A stretch of 64,000 bases of DNA, taken from the NCBI GenBank assembly GCA_963754315.1, contig CAVWFS010000019.1, positions 800,001 through 864,000 on the forward strand. Direction: 5' to 3'. Positions 50,242-59,560 of the stretch are shown piece after piece. Origin of the DNA: an uncultured Candidatus Rokubacteria bacterium (GTDB lineage Bacteria > Methylomirabilota > Methylomirabilia > Rokubacteriales > CSP1-6). The position numbers and the translations under genes were made by a program. The notes below the pieces were generated by a model, which was not told the origin of the DNA, ran no database searches, and was given only the letters and a program-made list of their open reading frames with translations. Position 1 is the stretch's first letter; each line of letters starts with the position of its first letter.

Positions 50242-51753
50242 ATGCGTGTACTTCTCGTTCACCCAAGTCCGCTGATGTACTCCGAGATCTACCTCCGGCT
50301 CGAGCCCCTCGGCCTCGAGCGGGTGGCGGCTGCCGTACGGGCGGCCGGGCACGACGTGCGGTTGCTCGATCTCCAGATCTTCCGCCACGATGACTACTTC
50401 CGCGAGCTCACGAGCTGGGAGCCGGAGGCGGTTGGGTTCTCGCTGAACTACCTGGCTAACGTGCCGGAGGTCATCGACCTCGCCCTCGAAACCCAGCGCC
50501 GCCGGCCGACGTGCTTCGTGTTCGCCGGCGGTCACAGCGCCTCCTTCATCGCCCCCGAGATCCTCGCGCACGCGCGGGGCGCTATCCGCGCCCTCGTTCG
50601 AGGGGAAGGCGAGGTGGTGACCCCACTGCTCGTCGACGCCTGCCGAGACGGTGGCCTCGAGAAGCTGCCAGGTGTGGTTACGCCGCACGGGGCCGGCCCC
50701 AACCCGACCCTGCTCGACGACCTCGACCGGTTCCTGCCCGCCCGCGACCTCACCCGCCGCCGGCGCAAGTACTTCATCGGTGTCCTCGATCCGTGCGCTT
50801 CGGTGGAGTTCACCCGCGGCTGCCCGTGGGACTGCTCCTTCTGCAGCGCGTGGACGTTCTACGGGCGCAGCTACCGCAAGTCATCGCCGGAGGCGGCGGC
50901 CGAGGACGTGGCGCGGATTCGCGAGCCCAACGTCTTCCTGGTGGACGACGTGGCCTTCATCCAGTCCGAGCACGGCTACGCCATCGGCCGTGAGCTGGAG
51001 CGCCGGGGAGTCAAGAAGGAGTACTACCTCGAGACCCGCTGCGACGTGCTCGTCAAGAACCGCGAGGTCTTCGCCTACTGGAAGCGGCTGGGCCTGCACT
51101 ACATGTTCCTCGGCCTGGAGGCCATCGACGAAGAGGGCCTCAAGCTCCACCGAAAGCGTGTGGTTCCCGGGGACAACTTCAAGGCGCTGGAGGTGGCTCG
51201 CGAGCTGGGCATCACGGTGGCGCTCAACATCATCGCCGACCCCGACTGGGACGAAGCGCGCTTCACCACCATTCGTGAATGGGCCCTGAGCATCCCGGAG
51301 ATCGTGCACCTGACCGTGAACACGCCTTATCCGGGGACGGAGACCTGGCTCACCGAGTCGCGCAAGCTCGACACCCTGGACTATCGGCTCTTCGACGTGC
51401 AGCACGCCGTGCTGCCCACCCGGCTCCCCCTCGAGCGCTTCTACGGGGAGCTGGTGAAGACGCAGGCCGTGCTTCGCCAGAAGCATCTGGGCTTCTCGGC
51501 CATCCGGGCGGCGACGGGCATCATTGCCGGCCAGCTCCTACGCGGGCAGACCAACTTTGTCAAGGCGATCTGGAAGTTCAACCGGGTGTACAGCGTGAAG
51601 CGGCAGCTGGCCGATCACGCGCGGCCGGTGACGTACACCATGACGCCGCCCAAGCCGCCGTTGACGACGAAGCCGCGGCCGGATCAGCTGTACGTGCACA
51701 TGCCGGTGCGGCGGGAGGCGGCGGGGGCGGCGACGACCTTACCGGCGCTGTAA
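50242..51753 (+). CDS. hpnR: Hopanoid C-3 methylase, B12-binding radical SAM
   Basis: N-terminus MRVLLVHPSPLMYSEIYLRLEPLGLE, LNYLANVPEV, CPWDCSFC, LFDVQHAVLPTRLPL recognised as HpnR-like. Confidence 0.85.
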   Translation: MRVLLVHPSPLMYSEIYLRLEPLGLERVAAAVRAAGHDVRLLDLQIFRHDDYFRELTSWEPEAVGFSLNYLANVPEVIDLALETQRRRPTCFVFAGGHSASFIAPEILAHARGAIRALVRGEGEVVTPLLVDACRDGGLEKLPGVVTPHGAGPNPTLLDDLDRFLPARDLTRRRRKYFIGVLDPCASVEFTRGCPWDCSFCSAWTFYGRSYRKSSPEAAAEDVARIREPNVFLVDDVAFIQSEHGYAIGRELERRGVKKEYYLETRCDVLVKNREVFAYWKRLGLHYMFLGLEAIDEEGLKLHRKRVVPGDNFKALEVARELGITVALNIIADPDWDEARFTTIREWALSIPEIVHLTVNTPYPGTETWLTESRKLDTLDYRLFDVQHAVLPTRLPLERFYGELVKTQAVLRQKHLGFSAIRAATGIIAGQLLRGQTNFVKAIWKFNRVYSVKRQLADHARPVTYTMTPPKPPLTTKPRPDQLYVHMPVRREAAGAATTLPAL

Positions 51754-51757
51754 GAAA

Positions 51758-52452
51758 TCACGGGCAGGCCAGCGATCGAGAAGGAGCCTTGACACTAGGA
51801 ACGCGTGAACTCTCGAGCGGCCTCGCGTTCAGTTCATCCAGGCTCCGCAGCCGCATTGCGGCCCCGGTGAAGTCGTGATCGACCGTGAGTCCGCTGGCAC
51901 GACGATCACGCGCATGCCGGCGGCGAGGCCCGAGCGAAGACCACGTTGCGTGTCCTCGACGACCGCGCACTCGTCCGGCGCTATTCCCAGTCGCGCCGCT
52001 GCCACACGGTACGCACCAGGGGCAGGTTTGGGCTGGTCGTAATCCTCTCGGGCAATGGTCTCGTGGAGTAGGCCTTCAAACCGGAGTTTGCCGAGGATGA
52101 CATTGAGCTCGTGGCGCACGGTGTTGGTGGCGATTGCCAGGCGGTGGGTCGGTCGTAGTCGAACAAGCGCCTGGCGGGCCCCATGGCACGGCGGGAGTTG
52201 GCCATCGATGAGCTCGCGGTACAGCTGAGCTTTGCGAGTCCGCAGCACGCTCGGCGGCACCGGAAGTCGAAACGCCCGACATGCGTACTCCGCACCACCG
52301 TCGCCGGCAATCCAGTGGGCGCGGTACTCGTCGATGTCGACATCGACACCGTACTCGAGCAAGGTGTGTCGGTACGCCTGCCATTGCAGTCGTTCGGTGT
52401 CAGCGAGGGTCCCGTCGAGGTCAAAGAGAACGGCGCGTACCATCAGCCCCAT
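51758..52452 (-). CDS. HAD-family phosphatase (beta-PGM/CbbY-like), apparent frameshift near 51895
   Basis: FDLDGTL, ATN, KPAP, VVEDT..G..AAGM; C-terminus continues in frame 51758..51970. Confidence 0.85.
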
Positions 52453-52506
52453 GGCTCGCCAAGGACGCGGAGGGCGTCCAACCTCTGCGAACGGTCGCGT
52501 CGCCCC

Positions 52507-55500
52507 TCAGCCGCCCGCCGTGGCCAGAACCTGACGGGCCTGCTTGGCTTCGGCGAAGTTCGAATCGATCGTCAGCGCGCGACGGAGTTCATCCACTGCC
52601 TCCTCCTTCCGGCCCTGCTTCAGGTAGACCAGACCGAGATGAAAGCGAATGGTCGGCTGACGCGGCAACAGCGTGGCCGCTTCCCGGAGCGCCTCGCCCG
52701 CCGCGTCGTACTTGGCTGTCTGGAAGTAGACCCAGCCGAGGGTGTCGAGAATCTCGCCCCGGTGGGGAGTCAGTTCATTCGCTCGCTTGGCAAACTTGAC
52801 GGCATCATCGAGGTCGCTCTTCCGGTCAGCCAGGATCAGGGCGAGATTGTTGTAGGGTCGCGCATCCCTCGGAGCGAGGGCGATTGCCTTACGGTACCAG
52901 GGGATCGCCTGCTCGAGTAACCCTTTCTGCTGGTAGGCGAGACCAAGCCCCGTGTAGGCTAGCGCGTTCTTGGGCTCCAGGCCCACTGCCTTTTGGAACT
53001 CCGCGATGGCCCGCTCCTCCTGTCGCTTCTCAAGGTAGGCGCCACCTAGCACCATATGGACTTTGGTCAACCGGGGATTCAGGGTGAGGGCATCGTTGGC
53101 GCGGGCGATCGCATCGTCCGGCCGCTGCTGGGCTAGATACAATTCGGCTAGAGCAAGGTTCGCTGCGGGCAGCTTCGGATTCACCCGGACCACCGTCTCA
53201 AGGTGCCCCAGCGCTTTGTCTCGACGTCCTTGCCGAAGATGCAGATTGGCCAGGGCTAGATTCGTTCCGATGTGACTGGAATTGACCTTCAACGCTGCGG
53301 TCAAGTCCTGGACGGCCTGTTCGGTACGCCCATCTTGCAGGGCAAGCGTCGCGAGCGCGGCCCAGGCGGGAATCAGGCCGGGATTCAGCTCGACCGCCTT
53401 GCGAAGCGAGGCCTCGGCCTCAGCATGCCGACGACTAGCAAGGTAGGCTTGGCCCAACGCATACTGGGCCGTGGCGCTTCCGGGCGACTTCATCACATCC
53501 CCTCGAAGCTGATCGATGGCCAGCCTGTCTTTGGTGGCCGCGCCCAGGAGCGCGGTCAGCTCCTGCGCTTGCTCGGCCATCTTGGGCTCGAGCTCGAGGG
53601 CCCGTTGGTACTCCGCCCGCGCCTCCTTGACTCGCCCCAGGAGTACGTACGTACGGGCCAGCTGATAGTGAGGTGCCGCCGCCTTAGGCGCCTCCGCGGC
53701 AGCGCGCCTGAACTCGTCCACGGCGAGATCGAGCTGCCAGGTCTCACGATACACGACCCCGAGCAGCACGCGCGCTTCCGGCGATTTCGGCGTGACCTTC
53801 AGGATCGCCTTAGCGGCCCGGATCGCCTCGTCGTACTGGCCGGTCTTGACGGCGAGATCCCCGATCGGCAGGTGCAGACCGGTCAGCTCGGGGTGTGTCT
53901 GGATGAGCGCCTTGAGATGCGTGGACGCCTGGAGGTACTGCCCCTGTTTGGCATGGATACCGGCAGCTCCCAGCCCGGCGCTCAGATTCGAGGGGTCGAT
54001 CTTCAGGACACTCTTGAAGTGCTCGAGAGCATCGTCACGCTTGTCGTCGAGCAGGGCTAACAAGGCGAGGTTGAGATGGGCGGGCACTGATGTGGGGTCG
54101 GTAGCCAAGATCCTCTTGAACTCGGACGATGCCCGGGCGCGCTGCCCCTTTCCGGCCAGGGCCGCACCAAGGAAGGCACGGGCCCGGATGTCCTTCGGGT
54201 TGGTTTTGAGGAGATCTTCCGCCCGGTGGATCACTTCGTCGTATGCCTTCTGGTTCAGATGGGCGGACAACAGCGCAGTCTGCGCCCGAGGGTTCTGCGG
54301 TTCGGCGCGAAGAACCTCAGAAAAGATGCCGAGCGCCGCCGGAGCGTCGCCCTGCACGTCGCGGAGCACACCGAGGCTGAGCTTGGCCGATGTGAAAGAG
54401 GGGTCTTGCTGGAGTGCCTTCTGGAACGCCGACTGAGCGCGCCCATAATCCTTGAGGCCCATGAGCGCCATTCCCAGGATCTCGTGACCAGCAGGGTCAT
54501 CGGGGCGCTCGAGAAGATAGAGATCGGCATGCTTGATCGCCTCTTCATACCGGGCCAGCTGAAGGTTCGCCGCGGCCAACTGACGTTGCACGCCCGGGAC
54601 GCTGGGTTGGAGGCGCCGGGCACTCTCGAAGGCCGTCAAGGCCTGTAGGGGGCGGGCATCGAGCGCATAGGCCAAGCCCAGACGAAACTGGGCTACTGCG
54701 CTCTTGGGCTGGGCCTTGACGACGATCTCGAACTCGCCAACGGCCTCCGCCCCGCGGCGTGTGCCGAGATACGCCGTCCCGAGCAGAAAGTGCGGGGCGG
54801 GGAGCTGCGGATAGCGGCGCACGAGTGGCGCCACGACGGCCTCGGCCTTGGCATACTCGCCCTTACTCAGGTAGAGCTCTCCGCGAAGCAGCTCCATAGG
54901 ATAGTCTTGCACGCTCTTGGCGACAGCCTCGATCGTCTCGAGGGCGAGGTCTGGCTTGCCCTGCTGGCGGTAGGTCAAAGCGAGGTTGAGTCGCCCCTCT
55001 CGGTGAAAGCGATCGATGGTCAGCACCTTCTGAAACGCCTGTTCGGCCTCGCCGAGACGGTTGTTCCTCGCGTGAAGGACGCCGATGCGCAGATGGGCTC
55101 CGGCATGGGTCGCGTCGAGGGCGAGGGCTCGATTCAGGTCGCGAAGAGCATCGTGTGTCTTTCCTTGGGCGAGATAGATGCTGCTTCGCCCGACATACGC
55201 GTCGGCGAAGGCAGGGTCGATGCTCAACACCGTGTCGAAGGCCCTGAGGGCCTCGTCGACTTTTCCGAGCCCGATCAGGGCGTTTGCCAACAGCGTCTGC
55301 CCACGTGTCGACCGCGGATCCTGCTTCAAAAGGTCGCGGGCGACCCGTTCTGCTTCTCCCGAGCCTCCGATCTCGAGGAGCACGTCTCCGAGTTCGAGCG
55401 CGGCTTGACTGAGACTTGGATTGAGTTCTAATGCTCTCTCGAGTTCGCGGCGGGCATCCAGGACCATCCCCTTTCGCCGGTAGGTCCGACCCAGGTGCCA

Positions 55501-55695
55501 TCGTCCCTCCGCGTCGTCGGGAACGAGTTGCAGGCCATTGCGAAAGGCGATGACCGCTTCGTTGTACCTGCCCCCGTTGAGGTCCCTCACGCCTTGGTCG
55601 TAATACTTCTGCCGCTGGACCGAAGGATCGCCGCCGCAGCCGCTACTGACAATCCCCGCCAACAGAAACGTGAAAAGCAGCCGGCGGGTCATCAT
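52507..55695 (-). CDS. Long TPR-repeat lipoprotein (PrsT-like)
   Basis: Lipobox SSGC, many TPRs, terminal YNNLA..LDTLGW..IRFHLG segment typical of PrsT-like proteins. Confidence 0.85.
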   Translation of the reverse strand: MMTRRLLFTFLLAGIVSSGCGGDPSVQRQKYYDQGVRDLNGGRYNEAVIAFRNGLQLVPDDAEGRWHLGRTYRRKGMVLDARRELERALELNPSLSQAALELGDVLLEIGGSGEAERVARDLLKQDPRSTRGQTLLANALIGLGKVDEALRAFDTVLSIDPAFADAYVGRSSIYLAQGKTHDALRDLNRALALDATHAGAHLRIGVLHARNNRLGEAEQAFQKVLTIDRFHREGRLNLALTYRQQGKPDLALETIEAVAKSVQDYPMELLRGELYLSKGEYAKAEAVVAPLVRRYPQLPAPHFLLGTAYLGTRRGAEAVGEFEIVVKAQPKSAVAQFRLGLAYALDARPLQALTAFESARRLQPSVPGVQRQLAAANLQLARYEEAIKHADLYLLERPDDPAGHEILGMALMGLKDYGRAQSAFQKALQQDPSFTSAKLSLGVLRDVQGDAPAALGIFSEVLRAEPQNPRAQTALLSAHLNQKAYDEVIHRAEDLLKTNPKDIRARAFLGAALAGKGQRARASSEFKRILATDPTSVPAHLNLALLALLDDKRDDALEHFKSVLKIDPSNLSAGLGAAGIHAKQGQYLQASTHLKALIQTHPELTGLHLPIGDLAVKTGQYDEAIRAAKAILKVTPKSPEARVLLGVVYRETWQLDLAVDEFRRAAAEAPKAAAPHYQLARTYVLLGRVKEARAEYQRALELEPKMAEQAQELTALLGAATKDRLAIDQLRGDVMKSPGSATAQYALGQAYLASRRHAEAEASLRKAVELNPGLIPAWAALATLALQDGRTEQAVQDLTAALKVNSSHIGTNLALANLHLRQGRRDKALGHLETVVRVNPKLPAANLALAELYLAQQRPDDAIARANDALTLNPRLTKVHMVLGGAYLEKRQEERAIAEFQKAVGLEPKNALAYTGLGLAYQQKGLLEQAIPWYRKAIALAPRDARPYNNLALILADRKSDLDDAVKFAKRANELTPHRGEILDTLGWVYFQTAKYDAAGEALREAATLLPRQPTIRFHLGLVYLKQGRKEEAVDELRRALTIDSNFAEAKQARQVLATAGG

Positions 55696-55779
55696 AAGGG
55701 TCGTCTCCCTGGTGTCTCGACATACCATTGGATCGTGGCCTCGAAGAAGAAGCCAAACTTCACTGGAACCTTGGGGAAT

Positions 55780-55796
55780 AGCAAACTCCGGGCCAG
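55780..55796 (-). promoter_or_regulatory. Sigma54 (-24/-12) promoter of the TPR lipoprotein gene
   Basis: Minus strand CTGGCCCGGAGTTTGCT: GG-N10-GC with TGGC and TTGC, about 85 bp upstream of the ATG. Confidence 0.7.
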
Positions 55797-55869
55797 AGAT
55801 GCCAGGGACAAGAGCTCATGCAGAAGCACCGGACCGTGCGGGGTTGCCGAGCGGGGCCCAGGCGGTCAG

Positions 55870-55925
55870 CTTTGGCGGCGGCGATGCCCTTTGGCGGCGG
55901 CGGTGCCCTTTGGCGGCGCGATGCC
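55870..55925. repeat. Three 18-19-bp direct repeats CTTTGGCGGCGGCGRTGCC
   Basis: Units at 55870, 55889, 55908. Confidence 0.85.
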
Positions 55926-56029
55926 CTAACGTGACCTCCGCGACTCAGAACTGGTCACCCACGGGAGCTATCGTCAAGAGTTGTGGATTGAGTGAGTTCG
56001 GGGCCGGCTGGCCCGGGCTCCTCAACACG

Positions 56030-56098
56030 CTGACACCGCATCGCGAGCAGCTCGCCGCGTGGCTTGGCGAAGGCCTGCGGCTGACGAAGATCCACCGA
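56030..56098 (+). pseudogene. Probable IS21-family istA fragment (N-terminal part)
   Basis: LTPHREQLAAWLGEGLRLTKIHR resembles the IstA HTH region. Confidence 0.5.
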
Positions 56099-56140
56099 CC
56101 CCGCCCTCGTTCGCCACGCGACGGGCAAGGGCTAGTTGCA

Positions 56141-56545
56141 TCACGCCGAACGCTCCTCGATCTGCTGCACCAGGGTCGTGATCGATCGTGGCTCGCCGGC
56201 CCGCGCCTCCGTGACGTACGCCATCACGGCCGGAGTCAGCTTGTGCGCGCTCCGCCGTCCCCGCTTGCGCGGGACCAGTCCGCCCAGCCCGGCTTGCACG
56301 AAGGCCGCGTGCGCTTGGTAGAAGGTGGGCCGCGACACGCCGAAGGCCTCGGCCGCGCGCGTCACCGGCGCGCGCTCGACCCGGACGCGGCGCAGCATCT
56401 CGTACTTGACCTGTACCAGGTCGCGGGCACCGAAGAAGGCGCTCGCCCGAAAGGTCTCGTCGGCGACGCTTGCCGGCCGTGGGTTGAGCGTGCCGTTCCC
56501 GCGGAGGGCACCCAGCTTGGGATCGGGCTGCGGGCGCCGAGGCAT
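56141..56545 (-). mobile_element. HTH protein of mobile-element recombinase/transposase modules
   Basis: GTLNPRP..V.DETF....FF.ARDLVQVKYEMLR, FGVSRPTFY, AHKLT. Confidence 0.7.
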
Positions 56546-56740
56546 CTGTAAGTATATTTCCGCCTTTTACCCGAAGACACGCACCCAGTTCGCCAGCATT
56601 CACGTCGGTATAGTCGCTAGAATGCCCGCCACCGGGCTCGCGGCCCCCTCTATACATTCGGCGTCTATTTCTTAACATAAACGGCGCAATTTCCTTTACA
56701 CCGGATCGCCCGTTCCAGCACCACGTCCGGCGCGCCACCC

Positions 56741-56975
56741 TCACGGCGTCAGCCTTTCCAGCAGGTCGGCCACGCGAAACAGGCATCGGCCCGCCGCCAG
56801 CGTCAGCAATGGATCGGGCTCGACGACGCTCGTCCACGTGGCGGGGACCGCCCGCAGCCGTCCGTGCTCGTCGTAAAAGCACACCCGATCCTCGCCCCAG
56901 GCCTGGTGCCACGCGACCAGTTCGATCTCCCGGCCGCGCTGCGGGTGGAACGGGTGCGTTATGCGAACAACTCGC
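56741..56975 (-). mobile_element. DUF5372-like small protein (mobile-element associated), no clear start
   Basis: RITHPFHP.RG..WGEDRV...PATWTS motif. Confidence 0.6.
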
Positions 56976-57009
56976 GGCGCTTCGTGCCTATCCCGTGCAG
57001 TTGACGACC

Positions 57010-57200
57010 CTGACCAAGCCGAAAGTGGAGCGCGGAATTCCCTACTGTCGCGAGGATTTCTCCGCGGCGAGACCTTCCGTGATCTGGCCGAGATGCAGGC
57101 GCCCGCCGTGCGGTGGTGTCGGGATATCGCTGGCCCGCGTGTGCACGGCACCGCGCGCCAGGTGCCCCGCGTCGTGTCTGAGACGGCGGAGCAAACCGAC
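57010..57200 (+). pseudogene. IS21-family istA transposase fragment, frameshifted
   Basis: KPKVERGIPYCREDF, then RGETFRDLAEMQ..WCRDIAGPRVHGT..QVP in the next frame. Confidence 0.75.
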
Positions 57201-57214
57201 GCTCTTGCCGCTTC

Positions 57215-57295
57215 ACGGGGGCACGACGGCCCGGAACTCACCTTCTGCGGATGCCGGCTGCAGGTGCGGCGGCCCCGCGTGCGCGGGAGAGCGAT
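57215..57295 (+). pseudogene. Possible IS256-type transposase fragment
   Basis: GHDGPELTFCGCRLQVRRPRVR resembles the G..VxRPRVR segment of IS256-type transposases. Confidence 0.35.
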
Positions 57296-57392
57296 CAGGA
57301 GGCGACCCTGTCACCGCCGAGTTGGACAATCCCTGAAAGCGGGGTCGGCGATGAGGCCGTTGTCCCGCTCAGATGGAGGATCCGGACGCTTG

Positions 57393-57788
57393 TCAGATCC
57401 TCCCCGCGAGCCAGATTCCGGTGAGCGTTGCCGAGAGGGCAGGCCGGCCGATGACGTAAGCCCAGACCCTTCCTCGAGTTCGGCCACCGGGGCACACCAA
57501 CATCATGGCAATCTCGCGTTTGGCATCTTCTTGTGATCCAAATGTCCCTATTTCGGAAGATAATGACAGTTTTGCTGTGCATCGTGTCCGCCGAGAGACT
57601 TCGAGGGCGTCGATGCGAATAACTCTCCAGAGGCTGCCAGGCTTCAAGGGACCTCCGGAGAAGACGGGATCTGAATAGTCATTCCTCGACCCAGGACAGC
57701 ACCCCACGTCAGAAACCTGTTCCACCAGCCACTTACGATACCGGTCCTTCCGAACTCTGACCGCTCTCCCCATGAAGGGCGCTTCCAT
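57393..57788 (-). CDS. Hypothetical protein (uncertain)
   Basis: 131-aa open frame preceded by GAGGGAGG; no recognisable motif. Confidence 0.25.
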   Translation of the reverse strand: MEAPFMGRAVRVRKDRYRKWLVEQVSDVGCCPGSRNDYSDPVFSGGPLKPGSLWRVIRIDALEVSRRTRCTAKLSLSSEIGTFGSQEDAKREIAMMLVCPGGRTRGRVWAYVIGRPALSATLTGIWLAGRI

Positions 57789-58116
57789 ACCTCCCTCACC
57801 CGATGTGTCGGGTGCAAGCGGTCTCCGCCGTGGCCGATGGTGGACGAAAATCTTGAACTTGGCCAGATAATTGCGGGGCGCTTCATGCGGTGAGGGCACG
57901 CGTGGCCGTCGATCTGAGGCAGTGTCAGGGCCAGCCAGCTGACGCAACGTCAAGCGGACCTAGGCGGACCACCATGTCACTCACTTGACCTAAGGAAGAG
58001 ACGCTGAGAGGCGGCGCCGCTGCGGCGAAGTATGACCCTTTGGTGACAAGCCTTGCACAAGGGCCCTCGCCTGCGTCATAGTCGTCCGCGGGTCGGGTAA
58101 GGGCGCCGTCGGAGAG

Positions 58117-59532
58117 GTGACACCGTTGCGGGTGATCGTTCTGGATGAACATCGCGAGGTGAGTGAGCGCGCGAAGCGCGTCCTGGGACGTTTGGGCGTA
58201 CGCGTCTCCTTCGCCGGCTCTGTTGCCGAGCTCGATCTGCTGTTGGCCAAGAGCGTGCCCACGGATGTCCTCATCGCCAACCTTGCCGGGGAGGCCACGG
58301 CCTGGGAGCTCGCCGCCCAGCTTCGCTCTGTGCGTTTCCTCGGCAAGACGCTGATCCTCGTCGAACGGCCCGCCGAGGCTGACATGGTACGCTCGATGCG
58401 GGTTCCTCGGAGTGAATGCGTCATCCGCCCCGCTTCCGTAGGTCTTATCGATGATCTTCTTCAGCAGGTCGCAACGGACTCGCTCGAGCCGGTGTCAGAA
58501 CGCTCCTTCGAGCCTCATCGCGCCCACGACCATGAAGCCTTCAACCACATCGAAGCCTTCAACCACATCGTTGGTCGATCGAAACCCATGCGCGAAATCT
58601 TCTGGCGCATCGAGAAGGTCGCCAACAGCGACGCCAACGTGTGCATCTACGGCGAGAGCGGTACGGGGAAGGAGCTCATCGCACGCGCTCTTCACCATGC
58701 GAGTGGGCGGCGCGATCGCCCCTTCATCGCTCTCGACTGCACGACGATCCCGGAGGGGCTGATGGAGAGCCACCTTTTCGGACACGTCAAGGGGGCGTTC
58801 ACGGGGGCGGTCGACCACCGAGAGGGTGTTTTCTCCCTAGCCCACAGCGGCACGCTCTTCATGGACGAGCTTTGTGAACTGAGCCTGCCCCTCCAGGCAA
58901 AGCTTCTCCGCGTGGTTCAAAGCCGCGAGTTTGTAAAAGTGGGGGGGACCAAGCCCGTTCAGACCGACATCCGCCTAATCACCGCCACCAACAAGGAGCC
59001 GAAACAGGAAGTCGATCACGGCAACTTCAGGGAGGACCTCTACTATCGGTTGGCGGTAGTCATGATCAAGGTGCCTCCACTGCGGGAACGGAGCCATGAT
59101 ATTCCTCTCCTCGTGGAGCACTTCGTGAGGAAATTTGCCGCCGCCTACAATCGGCCCATTCGTGCGATCTCGCCAGCGGCCATGCGGCGCCTGGTCGCCT
59201 CACCGTGGCCGGGAAACGTCAGGCAGCTCGAGAATCTTCTCGAGCAGGCGGTGGTGCTGGCCGACGGGGAGACGCTCAATGAGTGCGATCTCTTCACCGA
59301 GGACCCGATCGAGGAGACATTAGCCCAGACGTCCTTTGTCAGTTTGGAGCGGGGGCTTCCTCTTCGCGAAGTCGAGCGACGGTATATCCTCCGAACGCTT
59401 CAAACCTGTCAGGACAACCGGACGGAGACAGCTCGTCGTCTCGGCATTAGCGTCAGGTGCCTTCAGTATAAATTGAAGTCCTACTCACTCGCGGACGGGG
59501 CGCCGCTCGTCGACGGTCGACAAGCGCGGTAG
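58117..59532 (+). CDS. Sigma54-dependent enhancer-binding protein with degenerate receiver domain
   Basis: GESGTGKE, GAFTGA, LFMDE, FREDLYYRL, WPGNVRQL, Fis-type HTH. Confidence 0.93.
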   Translation: MTPLRVIVLDEHREVSERAKRVLGRLGVRVSFAGSVAELDLLLAKSVPTDVLIANLAGEATAWELAAQLRSVRFLGKTLILVERPAEADMVRSMRVPRSECVIRPASVGLIDDLLQQVATDSLEPVSERSFEPHRAHDHEAFNHIEAFNHIVGRSKPMREIFWRIEKVANSDANVCIYGESGTGKELIARALHHASGRRDRPFIALDCTTIPEGLMESHLFGHVKGAFTGAVDHREGVFSLAHSGTLFMDELCELSLPLQAKLLRVVQSREFVKVGGTKPVQTDIRLITATNKEPKQEVDHGNFREDLYYRLAVVMIKVPPLRERSHDIPLLVEHFVRKFAAAYNRPIRAISPAAMRRLVASPWPGNVRQLENLLEQAVVLADGETLNECDLFTEDPIEETLAQTSFVSLERGLPLREVERRYILRTLQTCQDNRTETARRLGISVRCLQYKLKSYSLADGAPLVDGRQAR

Positions 59533-59560
59533 CAGCGGCTTTTATGGCGGAGAATGGCCG

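Noticed and set aside
57515..58060. Sigma54 promoters upstream of the activator (TGGCATCTTCTTGT, TGGTGACAAGCCTTGC)
   Set aside because: GG-to-GC spacing is 9 or 11 nt rather than the required 10.
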